A DNA stretch of 64,000 nucleotides from Ascoidea asiatica JCM 7603 (taxonomy: Eukaryota > Fungi > Ascomycota). The notes under the pieces are model-generated. The model was not told the DNA's origin, searched no databases, and saw only the letters and a list, made by a program, of their open reading frames with translations. The stretch is from positions 484,772-548,771 of the forward strand of contig BCKQ01000009.1 in assembly GCA_001600695.1 (NCBI GenBank), written 5' to 3'. The position numbers were made by a program, and so were the translations under genes. Below are positions 1-10,193 of this stretch, piece by piece; positions within the stretch are counted from its first letter, which is position 1, and each line of letters opens with the position of its first letter.

Positions 1-1100
1 AACTGAAGATAAGTTTAAGGAAGTCTCTGAAAAAGTTCATCTTTCAAATTCTAACTGTTCCATTGGAAATCTAGAAAACATGGTAAATGAAAAATACTTT
101 CATCTTGATAGTATTCTATTATTTCAAGAAATTATTAGAGTTTGTCCTCATTGTCAGCTTGTGAAAAAGCGATCAGCTATTTCTAAGACATTAACTCCAA
201 TTCCTTCTGCAACAGCCTTCTCAAGATGGGGGTGGTGGATTATATTGGTCCTTTTCAAAAAACTTCATCTGGAAATAAATTTTGTATCACTGCAATTGAT
301 TATGGTACAGATTATGCTTATGCTGTTGCAACACCAGATACTGGCTCGTTACATGTTTTAAATTTAATTCATTCATATCGTCACTAGCCATGGTCAAATG
401 AAAGAAATAATTATGGATAATGGTTCTGGTTTTGTTGCCAATAATGTTATTGAGAAATTAGATTCCTTAGGAATCAAATATCGCAAAACCACTCCATATC
501 ACCCAGATACTAGTGGTAAACGTGAGAAGTTTAATGGTTTATTCCAGCCAATTTTATTTCATTTGAATGTTTTCTCAGAATGGGACCTCCTTATCAATGC
601 TGCATTAATTCAATACTGGTCAAAAAAGTCAAAATATTGGTTTTCACCTTACTTTTTAGCTTTTGGTGTATATTCAGATTCAAGCAATAATATGCAACCT
701 TACGTAAAAGAACCTGCAGATGCCGAGGATCAAGATGCTACTGAATTAAGCGTCTTACAAATTCAAAAGCTAAATAAAAAAAGAAAGGAACATTCCAAAA
801 TTAAATGGAACATTGAAATTACCAAAACAAACCTTCAAGAAGACAAAGCAGTGTTTAATGTTTTCGAAGTAGGTGATAATATGTTAAGTCAAACTGTTAG
901 AAACGACATATTAAAACCATATGATGATGCTCGACATATTGTGAAAACATTTTTTGAGAATAATGTTTACATACTCTCTACTTTAAAAGGGGCTGATATT
1001 AAAATAAAATAAATGGTAATAAATTATTTCCTGCTTTGACTTATAAGCATCCAATTAAAACTTTTTTTTAATCAATCTCAAAAATTACTAAATGGTGATA
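1..1100 (+). pseudogene. Decayed Ty3/Gypsy-type integrase (3' end of pol), frameshifted; 5' part outside the window
   Basis: Zinc-finger CxxC (IIRVCPHCQ) in ORF 80-361. The core continues in another frame (DYIGPF...ITAIDYGT). ORF 398-1012 has IIMDNGSGF and TTPYHPDTSGKREKFNG (DDE), and C-terminal 'NNVYILSTLKG..NGNKLFP' follows. Several frameshifts and stops. Confidence 0.85.
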
Positions 1101-1158
1101 GATAAAAATTAACTAAAACCTCAAGTGGCTTTGATTTCGAATCCTGCGGCTATTTGAT

Positions 1159-1578
1159 TGTTAATCATTTTATTCTTTTATGAGAATTGTCTTTAAATAT
1201 TCTAGGCTATTCTTACACTTTCTTAAATTGCATATATTGTTCTACGACTACATTTTATTGCGTTCTCAGAACTTCCGTGTGCATGGTAAATGTACCAGAA
1301 CGTTCTGGGTCTGCATTATTTATTCTTTCTTCGAAGTTCTGTGCGCATCTCGAATGTACTGGAATTTTGCTGCTTGTTCTTCGAATGATGTAGTGTTGTC
1401 TACAACAATACTTTATTCTATTTATTTTCTTAAGTATGGGAAGTAAACTTTCACATACTAAATTTACAAATTTATTCTTGTGGTGGCTTACCCGCTCCAA
1501 TTTTCCACTAATATAAATAGGGCACTTACCTCCCATATTTTTTATATAATTTTTATATATTTTATATTTTAATTAACA
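1159..1578 (+). mobile_element. Probable 3' LTR (~420 bp) of the decayed Gypsy element
   Basis: Begins TGTTAAT (1159) and ends ATTAACA (1578), a 7-bp terminal inverted repeat, directly downstream of the integrase. Contains TTACCCG, TATAAATA and several GAAnnTTC-like units. No clear PPT or TSD, and no partner LTR in the window. Confidence 0.5.
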
Positions 1579-2619
1579 ATTGTTTATAATTTGAATTAGA
1601 TATCTTCTTAGTAATAATTAGATATTTCGTTCGAACTACAATCATCCTCCGGGTTCCGTGTTTCTCGAGTGATCTCTGAAACGAGCGGTAAGAGGTTGCT
1701 GTGTCAAGCGATACCTCACGCACTTTCTCTGTGGTTTCGTGGTATCCCGGTTGTGCAGTCTGTCGTTGTTCCCAGCAACAGTAGGCTTCTTTGTCCTTTC
1801 CACTGTTTCCATGACAGAGTTGTTCCAGACCACATGTTTATTTAGACTCCTACAGCTTTTCACAGCTGATCAGCCACAATTGAAGGGTTTAAAGTTAAGA
1901 TTTAGTGTTATTTATTCTGCAACTACGGCAACTGCTTTCAAAGCCTTCCTCACCGCAATTCTCTTTTTGCGCTCCTACCGCCGCAGTTATGCGGTGATTC
2001 ATTTTCTCACTTGTTATGATTGCCAATTAATTAACAATTGTGTCACCAAAGGTCTCACCCAAGTTGTTGTACTATTACCATTGCTACGGTAGATCCTATT
2101 ACCATTTCTATTCTGAACACTGCTCCTATTCTAAAATAGTGAATGTTAGATGATATTATATTGGGCTTAGTGTTCCGCCTTTTTCCGGAGTCATGATATT
2201 CATTTATTATCCTAGCACCGGTTTCAAAAGTGTATACAGATTTAATTTCAATATACTCTACGATTTCCTATTTAGGAAATATTCATATTAAGTTAAATAA
2301 CTTTATTGTATATTGAATTATATGTATGTATTATTGATTATAAATTGATTGAAAAATCTTTTGAAAATTATGCCAAATAAAACAAGAATTGAAAAAAAAA
2401 ACTTCCTTTTCTACAAAATGAAACCAAGTCCCCTTAAAAAATGAATAAAAACAAAAAAAAAACTGAATGTTTGACCCTTTGGTTAGCCAAATGGTTCGCC
2501 AAAAGATTCATGAATCTAGCTATATTAAAGTAATTGATAAAATAAAAAAAAGTACCAAATCAAAATAAAAATAAAAATGAAAAAAAAAAAACTTTCCAAT
2601 TTGATAAAATTTACATTCA

Positions 2620-5600
2620 TTAAATTGATGAGATATCTTCAATCATAATCTTTTTAATATTATCAATTCTTTCTTCGATATTCTCAAAATTATCTTCTCT
2701 TATCTTTTTGATATTAGTACCAAACTTATAATCTTCTTTATCAGTTATATCATCCCTATTTTCTTTCTTTTCTTTATTACTATTTTCATTATCAATAAAT
2801 CCGTATTTATCTAAAAGTTCTATACTTAAATAAATTAAAATATCTTCATTTTTCTCAATTAAATAAATGTCTAAAAATCTTTCTATTAATTTAAATTTAT
2901 TATTAATATTAAATTTATTTAAATATTTTATATTAAATAGATATTCATAGATTAAATCTCTTATAATATTCATTGAAAATACTTTACCTTTACTTAAAGT
3001 TTTCTTCTTATTTGAATTTTTCTTATTACTTATACTTTTCTTATTTAAATCATTCGAAATCCCAATTATTTTTTTAATTATTAATTTGAATTCATAATTT
3101 TTTTTATAATTTAGTCTTAAATTTAATAATTTTTCAAATTTTTTAATCATTTTTTCTTTATTACTAATACTATTATTATTATTCTCATTGATTAAATCAT
3201 TATCAAATAGTTCTTTAATATTACTAATAATATTTAAATAAATCTGAAATTTTTTAAATTCATCTTTCTTAAATAAATTATAAATTAAATAATTCAAAAT
3301 AATTTTAAAATCATCATTAATTTGATCAATTATCATTTCCCAATTAAATTCTTTAATATCTTTGATTTCTTCATTCTTAACTTTTTCAATATAAATCAAA
3401 TTCTTAATTATACTTAATTTTTTATCCAATTTATTCAAATAATCTTCACAATTATCATATTCATAAAAATAGATGATTTTATTTAATTTTAAATTAATCA
3501 AATAAATATTTTCAATTTCTTCTTTATTTAATTCTTTATATTTATTTAATAATGTATTAATTAATAATTTAATTTCAGTTTCATTAGAAATTTCAAGATT
3601 ATAATCATATTCAATTTTATCAAATTCTTCAATTATTCTCTCAATATTTGAAATCCTTGAATTGATCTCTTCTTTTTTCAAAAAATTATTATTAAAACTA
3701 TCAAAATTATAAAAAGTATTGATAGTATTATTACTGTTATTACTATTATTCAATGTGCTTAAATACCAAATAATAGTTCTTAATCTTATATCTGTATCCT
3801 TGATAATAAAATATGATTGAGTATCACCTTTTATGATTGTGGAGTTGGATTCTATTGATAATGATGAAGAAGATGATAATGTTGATGGTATTCCATTATT
3901 TGAGCTCTGACTTTTATTTGATGTTAAAAATGTTAATTTAATTTCTGGTATACCTTCCCACCAAATTGGAAAATCACTTAAATTAATCAGTTTTATTTTA
4001 CTATTAAAAGTACTGTTATTATTAGAAGAAGAAGAAAATGAGGAAAATGAAGAAGATGAAGAGGTTGAAGAAGTTTGATTAAACAAATTATTGGATTTTG
4101 AATGATTTGAAAATATGGATGATGGTCTAGAAGATCCAGAATCTTGTAAACTATTATTACTACCATTTAAACCATTTGTAATATTATTACCTAAGGATAA
4201 TAATGATGAAATAGATGAAGCTATAGAAATTACTGATGATCTTCTATTATTTCCAGAACTTCTATGACTTCCTTGACTACTATGACTATTATGAGAACTA
4301 TTGGAATTATTTGAAATATTAGAACTATGACTACTAGTACTTCCATTTTTATTGGCTATAGTATTATTACTTGAATTATTACTAGAATTATTATTTATAT
4401 TTATTGAATTTGATGGAGAAGATGATCCATTATTCAAAGAAATTGAAGAATCACTGGAAGATAATGATAAAGATAAATTTGAAGAATTATTTAAATCATA
4501 GCTTAAATCACTATTTATATCGTCTAATGATTTAAAAGAAACTGGTAAAGAGTATCTCTTTTTCATATATAATGAAAATTCACAATTTTCAGTCTCATTT
4601 ATATTTATATCGTTAATTTCATTCATATTATTATTTAATGTTATCGAGTTATTTGATTTATGATTTTCATTAGCTTTATTATTGGTATTATTAGTATTGC
4701 AGGTGGTAGTATTATGAAACAGACCAATAGTATTAGTTCTTGTATGAGATAAATGAGAAGGATGTGATGAATGATTTGAATGAGATGAGTGAGATGAATG
4801 AGGTAAATAATTTGCAGGTGATAAATGTTGAGGATGAGTAAATTGATATTGTTGAGTTGAAATTATGAAATTTTGTTGTAATTTTGCAAAATCATTATAA
4901 ATATTTAAAATATTTATTTTAAAATTATTTAAAAAATCATTTTTCATTGAATTATTTATTAAATTTAATTCATTTTTTATAAAAAATTTTAATAATAAAT
5001 CTATATTAATTAAAGAATTTATATTAATTTGATTTTTAAAAAATTGATTATTGAAATTATTAAAATTTATAAAATTATTTGAATTATTAATTGAAAGTAT
5101 TAAAAAATTTAACCAAAATTTAATTAATTTTGAATTATTTAAATTGATTAAATAATTAAATAATTTTTTTTTATTATAATCAATTTGAAAATTTTCATTT
5201 TTTAAGATATAATTTTTATTTGAATTAAATTCAATTGTTAAATTTTTGACATCATTTGATAAATTTTTGAAAGATTTATTATCATTTAATAAGGCTTGAT
5301 TAAATTGAATTGAATTTTTTTTAGTATTATTATTTGAAGAGGTATTTGAAGAAGAATTTGAAGAAGAAATAGAAGAGGAAATAGATGAAGAAATAGATGA
5401 AATTGCATCAGAAATATTACTTGAAATATGATTTTCATTAATTATTGAATCATTTGATAGAATACTTGGATCTGCAAATTTATAAAAAGATTGAGAAATT
5501 GGAACATTGAAACAAACATAATCATTTGGAATTTCATCATCTCCATCATCATCATCATAATCAAAATCATTCTTATTATTATTATTATTTTTGTTATTCT

Positions 5601-6276
5601 TTTTATTTGAATGTTTATTCTGATAATATTTTTGATTTTTATGTTCATTAGTTATATCATTATCACTGTGATTATCATTGGTGTTAGTATTTGAGTTAGT
5701 TATGGTATTAGAATTTGAATGTTTTGATTTTATTAAAGAATCCTTTTTGGTTGAATGTTTTGATTTTAATTTTTGTTTATGATTTTTTATTAATAAAGAT
5801 TTTCTTCTAATAAATTTAGAAGTTGAAATTGACATTTCATTAAGTATTTTGTTGTTATTAGTTAAAGAAATTATATCAGATGATGATGATGAAGTATTTA
5901 TATTATTAGTTAAAATTGAAGCTTTTAAAATTTCTTTTGAATTTTCTTTTGATAAATCATTTGAAGTAAATTTTATTGAAGAAGGTCTATTTGATAATTT
6001 TTTATATTGAGAATTAGTTGGACTTAATTGTCTTTTAATTGAGTTATTTGAATTACTTAAATTATTTATGTTATTTGAAAGTTTTGTATCAATAATTAAA
6101 GAATTATCATTAAATTTAACACATTTTTTTTTCTTAAAAGTAATTGGATCTGAAATTGGGATTTGAATTGAAGAATGTGTTAAATTTATTGGAATTGAAG
6201 GTATATCATTATTAGATTCTGTTAAATTATTTGATATTGATATTGAAGATAAAGAATTATTTGAATTTGAATTCAT
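2620..6276 (-). CDS. SBE2/SBE22-like protein (degenerate Rab-GAP TBC-like C-terminal region), N/S-rich, 1218 aa
   Basis: Long ORF. Motifs DDDEIPNDYVCFNVPIS and WWEGIP...RTIIW resemble the fungal Sbe2/Sbe22/TBC1D14-like family; the rest is low complexity. Confidence 0.6.
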   Translation of the reverse strand: MNSNSNNSLSSISISNNLTESNNDIPSIPINLTHSSIQIPISDPITFKKKKCVKFNDNSLIIDTKLSNNINNLSNSNNSIKRQLSPTNSQYKKLSNRPSSIKFTSNDLSKENSKEILKASILTNNINTSSSSSDIISLTNNNKILNEMSISTSKFIRRKSLLIKNHKQKLKSKHSTKKDSLIKSKHSNSNTITNSNTNTNDNHSDNDITNEHKNQKYYQNKHSNKKNNKNNNNNKNDFDYDDDDGDDEIPNDYVCFNVPISQSFYKFADPSILSNDSIINENHISSNISDAISSISSSISSSISSSNSSSNTSSNNNTKKNSIQFNQALLNDNKSFKNLSNDVKNLTIEFNSNKNYILKNENFQIDYNKKKLFNYLINLNNSKLIKFWLNFLILSINNSNNFINFNNFNNQFFKNQININSLINIDLLLKFFIKNELNLINNSMKNDFLNNFKINILNIYNDFAKLQQNFIISTQQYQFTHPQHLSPANYLPHSSHSSHSNHSSHPSHLSHTRTNTIGLFHNTTTCNTNNTNNKANENHKSNNSITLNNNMNEINDININETENCEFSLYMKKRYSLPVSFKSLDDINSDLSYDLNNSSNLSLSLSSSDSSISLNNGSSSPSNSININNNSSNNSSNNTIANKNGSTSSHSSNISNNSNSSHNSHSSQGSHRSSGNNRRSSVISIASSISSLLSLGNNITNGLNGSNNSLQDSGSSRPSSIFSNHSKSNNLFNQTSSTSSSSSFSSFSSSSNNNSTFNSKIKLINLSDFPIWWEGIPEIKLTFLTSNKSQSSNNGIPSTLSSSSSLSIESNSTIIKGDTQSYFIIKDTDIRLRTIIWYLSTLNNSNNSNNTINTFYNFDSFNNNFLKKEEINSRISNIERIIEEFDKIEYDYNLEISNETEIKLLINTLLNKYKELNKEEIENIYLINLKLNKIIYFYEYDNCEDYLNKLDKKLSIIKNLIYIEKVKNEEIKDIKEFNWEMIIDQINDDFKIILNYLIYNLFKKDEFKKFQIYLNIISNIKELFDNDLINENNNNSISNKEKMIKKFEKLLNLRLNYKKNYEFKLIIKKIIGISNDLNKKSISNKKNSNKKKTLSKGKVFSMNIIRDLIYEYLFNIKYLNKFNINNKFKLIERFLDIYLIEKNEDILIYLSIELLDKYGFIDNENSNKEKKENRDDITDKEDYKFGTNIKKIREDNFENIEERIDNIKKIMIEDISSI

Positions 6277-7585
6277 TATAGATAATAATTTAGATAATTT
6301 TTTAAATGGTAATAAAGCGAATGAATATTAAATATTTCAATTAATTACTGAGAGAAGAATATTTAAATATTTAGCGAATGAATTTAGATATAATCAAGAT
6401 ATAACCTAGCTATTATTTAGATATGATTGATGAATAATTTGAAAAGGATAATAGATATTGAAATTGTATATTATTGTATATTATAGTATATTATATTATA
6501 TTATATTAAAGATTTGTATGGTAATTTAGACAGAACTATTTATAACCTTTGTATGAGAGTAAGGGAAAGTGTTAAAAGGAAGCTTAAAATATAAATAAAC
6601 GGGTGGTATTTTAATACTTTAATAGTTATTTAATGATAATGATAATAATAATATGGCTGGCTATTTATGAGAGAAATGGATATCAATAAAGGCACTAGTG
6701 CTAAAAGAAGCTGAAGTTGTTGAATAAGAAGATGATGATAAAGAATAAAGAAGATAAAATTGATGAACGATTGAATTAGTGAAATTAAAGAAAAGAGATA
6801 ATTGAACAGTATTGAGATTCAAAATTCAGAATTAAATTTCAGATGTATTTTTAATTTTATTTGAATTTCAGAATCAAATACATTAATAAATAAATAGATA
6901 AATAAATAAATGAATATTAATAAATGAATAAAATAATAAAAATGAAATCAGATTTACATGAATTTCATTTAAAAGCAAAACAAAATTTAAATCAAGCCAA
7001 TAAAGATTGAATAAAATTAATTCTGGACTAATAAAGATTAACTTAAGATCAAGAAAAGCAATAATATTACCATAATGATAATATTTATTCATTTACATGT
7101 AAATAGCAAATTGAAAGTGGTTAAATATGTGAATAAACTGAACGAAACTAAATGAAATTAAATGAAATTGAATAAAGTGAATCAAATCTGCAATGGTTTT
7201 GAAATCTTGCTCTGTTTTAGATTAAAACCGGTTCAAAATATATTCAAAAACAGCCAGAAAACAGTCAAAAAACCACTTTTCTTTTTTTCTTAGCATTTCT
7301 TATTTCTTTTGCTCTTGTCGATTCCAAAAACAGCATTTTTCCACACCGTTTCCAAATCGGAAAAAACAACAACAAACACAAGATCTACGGGGCGGTGAAG
7401 GCAGCAAAAAGTAATAACACCGCCACATGTCACGAGTCTGGCTCGTATTCGACTCGGCTTTGCAAGCTCTGGGAACGAGGCTAGATTCGACCAAACCACT
7501 CGGGGGTCGGGAATTAAAAATAACTGACAGCCCGCAGCCGCAGCAGGATACTGCTGATCCCCAGAAGTGGTGGCAACAACTTTCA

Positions 7586-7789
7586 AACCCTAATTGTGGC
7601 TAATCACGGAATACAAATAAAAATATCGGTTAACAGAAAACTGATAAACTAGTACATCCATGTTTTTGGTTTCACATAGATCACATAAATTACATTAGGG
7701 CTATTAGCGAAACTATTTTTAATATAGCCCTGGATTTAGGTTTTTCAGAATAATAAAGTAATTAGTGACAGCTTTTTTTAAAACACGTG
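7586..7789. promoter_or_regulatory. Ribosomal-protein promoter module: Tbf1-type sites plus a Cbf1 E-box
   Basis: AACCCTAA (7586-7593), inverted pair TTAGGGCTA (7695-7703) / TAGCCCT (7725-7731) and CACGTG (7784-7789), upstream of RPS25. Confidence 0.6.
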
Positions 7790-8190
7790 TAATAGCTAAT
7801 ACAGATTCACCCACGCAGACTCTCTTTGATAGAGCCACAGGCCCAGTTTTCATTCATTTTGCTAAGAGAGTTGGAAAGCCCTGCAAAACAGCTTCAAAGT
7901 CGCTGAGAGAGCTTCAAGCTGTTGGCTTTCTGACCCTTGAGATCACGTTTCCACTGGTGCTCCTTGCGTTTTGCTCTTACTGTTACTGCTTCTCTATGAT
8001 ATGGCGAAGAATGGTAAGAGCTCAGTCAATCTAGCTGTAATTACCGTCAGCACTTTACCTTTACACGATTCTTATTATTATCGAAATCGATATTTCAAAA
8101 TTAATTGATTAAAATTAATATATTTGATTTGATTTTTAATTAAAAGGTTTGTGTAATATATCATAATCATCAAATAATAATATAATTCAT

Positions 8191-8805
8191 GTAAGTAATT
8201 AGTCAATATACAACAAAATATAAGAATAATAATCAAATTTAATGAATAAATTAATGAATGGAGAATATAACAATATAAGAATTATTTGAAATAATATTAA
8301 AATGAAAAACTATTAGTGAATATAATTTGGAGAATATAACTACTGTAATAAATAATTAGCTATGAACAAATTTCACTAAATGACTATAATTAGTATAAAT
8401 ATATTATGAAGAAAAGATTGATCATCCAAGTTCAATAAAATTCGAAAATTTTCAATAAAAGGCTATTTTCAAGTTTCTATAAATTATGAAATAAAAGGGA
8501 TACACGACACATCTGGTTAATTACTGTAGAACTGAAAATGATCAGGAATTCTTTATCAAGACTGTTTCATTTTGAAAATATTAAGATAAACCAATAGGGA
8601 ATGATATAATAATTAGTTCTATATAAGGTTATCTTTGAATTCACACGATATTAAAGCCAAACTTTTAAGGAATTGTTCACTCAAATGTAATTCATTTTAT
8701 TCATTCAATCTTTATTATAATTACAATTTCAAATATCAAATATCAAATTTAAATAATTTTCAAAATACTAATTATTTTCTTTCTTTCTTTCTTTATTTAA
8801 TTTAG
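8191..8805 (+). other. 5'-UTR spliceosomal intron of RPS25 (615 nt)
   Basis: GTAAGT at 8191, TACTAAT at 8766-8772, pyrimidine tract, and TAG ending at 8805, one nt before the ATG at 8807. Confidence 0.8.
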
Positions 8806-8806
8806 A

Positions 8807-9130
8807 ATGCCTCCAAAAGTTCAAGCAACAAAAGCTGCCAAAGCCGCTGCCGCCATGGCAGGTGGTAAAAAATCCAAAAAGAAGTGGTCCAAAAAATCGG
8901 TCAAAGATAGAGCTCAACATGTTGTTATCTTAGATCAAGAAAAATATGATAGAATTATGAAAGAAGTTCCAACTTATAGATATATTTCTGTATCTGTTTT
9001 AGTTGATAGACTTAAGATTGGTGGTTCAATTGCAAGATTAGCTATTAAACAAATGGAAGCTGAAGGTATTATTAAACCTGTTTCAAGACATTCAACTCAA
9101 TTAATCTATTGTCGTGCCGCTGTTGTTTAA
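8807..9130 (+). CDS. RPS25: 40S ribosomal protein S25 (eS25)
   Basis: MPPK...[17 protein letters not shown]...[23 protein letters not shown], with highly biased codons. Confidence 0.98.
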   Translation: MPPKVQATKAAKAAAAMAGGKKSKKKWSKKSVKDRAQHVVILDQEKYDRIMKEVPTYRYISVSVLVDRLKIGGSIARLAIKQMEAEGIIKPVSRHSTQLIYCRAAVV

Positions 9131-9277
9131 TTTATTTTAATTATATATATATATATGTATATCTAATAAAATTTATTATAATTTAATTTAAATCTCTTCA
9201 ATTACAATCATCTCATTCTTTACCTTCATTACATTGAAATTTCCTTAAAATTAAATTATTTCTATCTACCACCACGG

Positions 9278-9427
9278 TTACCCGTTTTAAACATAGCAAT
9301 TCCAGTATTATTCAAAATTAAAAAAACAAACAATCACGTGTTTGAACCCTACTTTATTATTTTTGTTCAGTTAACTCATTAAATTCAATTCATTATGATA
9401 AAATTTTCATTTTACATCTCTATAAAT
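9278..9427 (+). promoter_or_regulatory. Promoter of the snoRNA host transcript (Reb1, Cbf1, Tbf1-like sites, TATA)
   Basis: TTACCCG 9278-9284, TCACGTG 9334-9340, AACCCTA 9345-9351, TATAAAT 9421-9427. Confidence 0.55.
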
Positions 9428-9654
9428 TTCAATCTCAATTTCTTTTATATCTAAATTTATTTTAATAGTTCAATAATTTTTTAATAATTAATATCAAATA
9501 TTAAGTTATTTATTTATATATTTAAAAGATAATTACTATTATTATCAATTTTCTTTATGGTAAAAGGAATGATTTTGATATGATTTTTCTTTTTACATTA
9601 TATTGATTAATGGGTATGTCTCAATTTCAATCACAATTTCAAATTATTATAATT

Positions 9655-9728
9655 AACTGATTATATTATATTCACTGAGGAAGTATATGCAGGACCAATT
9701 TGAATTAAGGAATTCTTCGTTTATGATA
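9655..9728 (+). ncRNA. SNR57: C/D box snoRNA snR57 (18S rRNA 2'-O-methylation guide)
   Basis: TGATTA box C-like, CTGAGGAAGTATATGCAGGAC core as recalled for yeast snR57, and guide AGGAATTCTTCGTT complementary to 18S AACGAGGAATTCCT (one G-U) before box D ATGA. Confidence 0.85.
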
Positions 9729-9859
9729 ATTATAATAATCAACTTTCAATATAAAATAAATTTATTTTTCAATATAAAATTAAAAACTAACTTAATAATT
9801 TAATAGTATGTCTATTTTCAAAATATTTATAAATTTTAAAGGTTCCTTTTTATTATTTT

Positions 9860-9945
9860 AAACTGATGATATCCTTACATATTTCTGCTGATTTTTTTTT
9901 AAAAAGAAATGATTCTAAGAAAAACATGCATCACCAACTGATTCA
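9860..9945 (+). ncRNA. SNR55: C/D box snoRNA snR55 (U33 family, 18S Um guide)
   Basis: Box C TGATGA 9864-9869, D' CTGA 9888-9891, guide CATGCATCACCA complementary to 18S TGGTGGTGCATG (one G-U), box D CTGA 9938-9941; middle position in the 57-55-61 cluster. Confidence 0.85.
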
Positions 9946-10102
9946 TTGAAATATAAAACAATTACAATTTATTCCCTTTCAACTTTTTAATGGTTTCAAT
10001 TTTATGAAGAACATGTTTACTGACTAATTTTTCATTATAGATAAGTATGTTTTACAATTTCAATAAAAAAAAATAATAAATAATATGTTAATTGATTGAT
10101 AT

Positions 10103-10193
10103 TTTATGATGATAAACTTATTCAGTTCTGCTTCTGAACCACTTTTTTCATGAAGATAACAATTTTACCACATCATTCAAAACTTTCTGACTA
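10103..10193 (+). ncRNA. SNR61: C/D box snoRNA snR61 (25S rRNA Am guide)
   Basis: Box C ATGATGA 10106-10112, guide TTCAGTTCTGCTT followed by D' CTGA (complementary to 25S AAGCAGAACTG), C' ATGAAGA, AATTTTACCA element, box D CTGA 10187-10190. Confidence 0.88.

Noticed and set aside
1120-1158. TTCGAATCCTGCGG, like a tRNA T-loop, next to the retroelement
   Set aside because: The T-stem does not pair and there is no cloverleaf or A box.
7290-8034. Short ORFs (98, 64 and 89 aa) between the SBE2-like gene and RPS25
   Set aside because: GC-rich divergent promoter sequence, non-ATG starts and no domain similarity.
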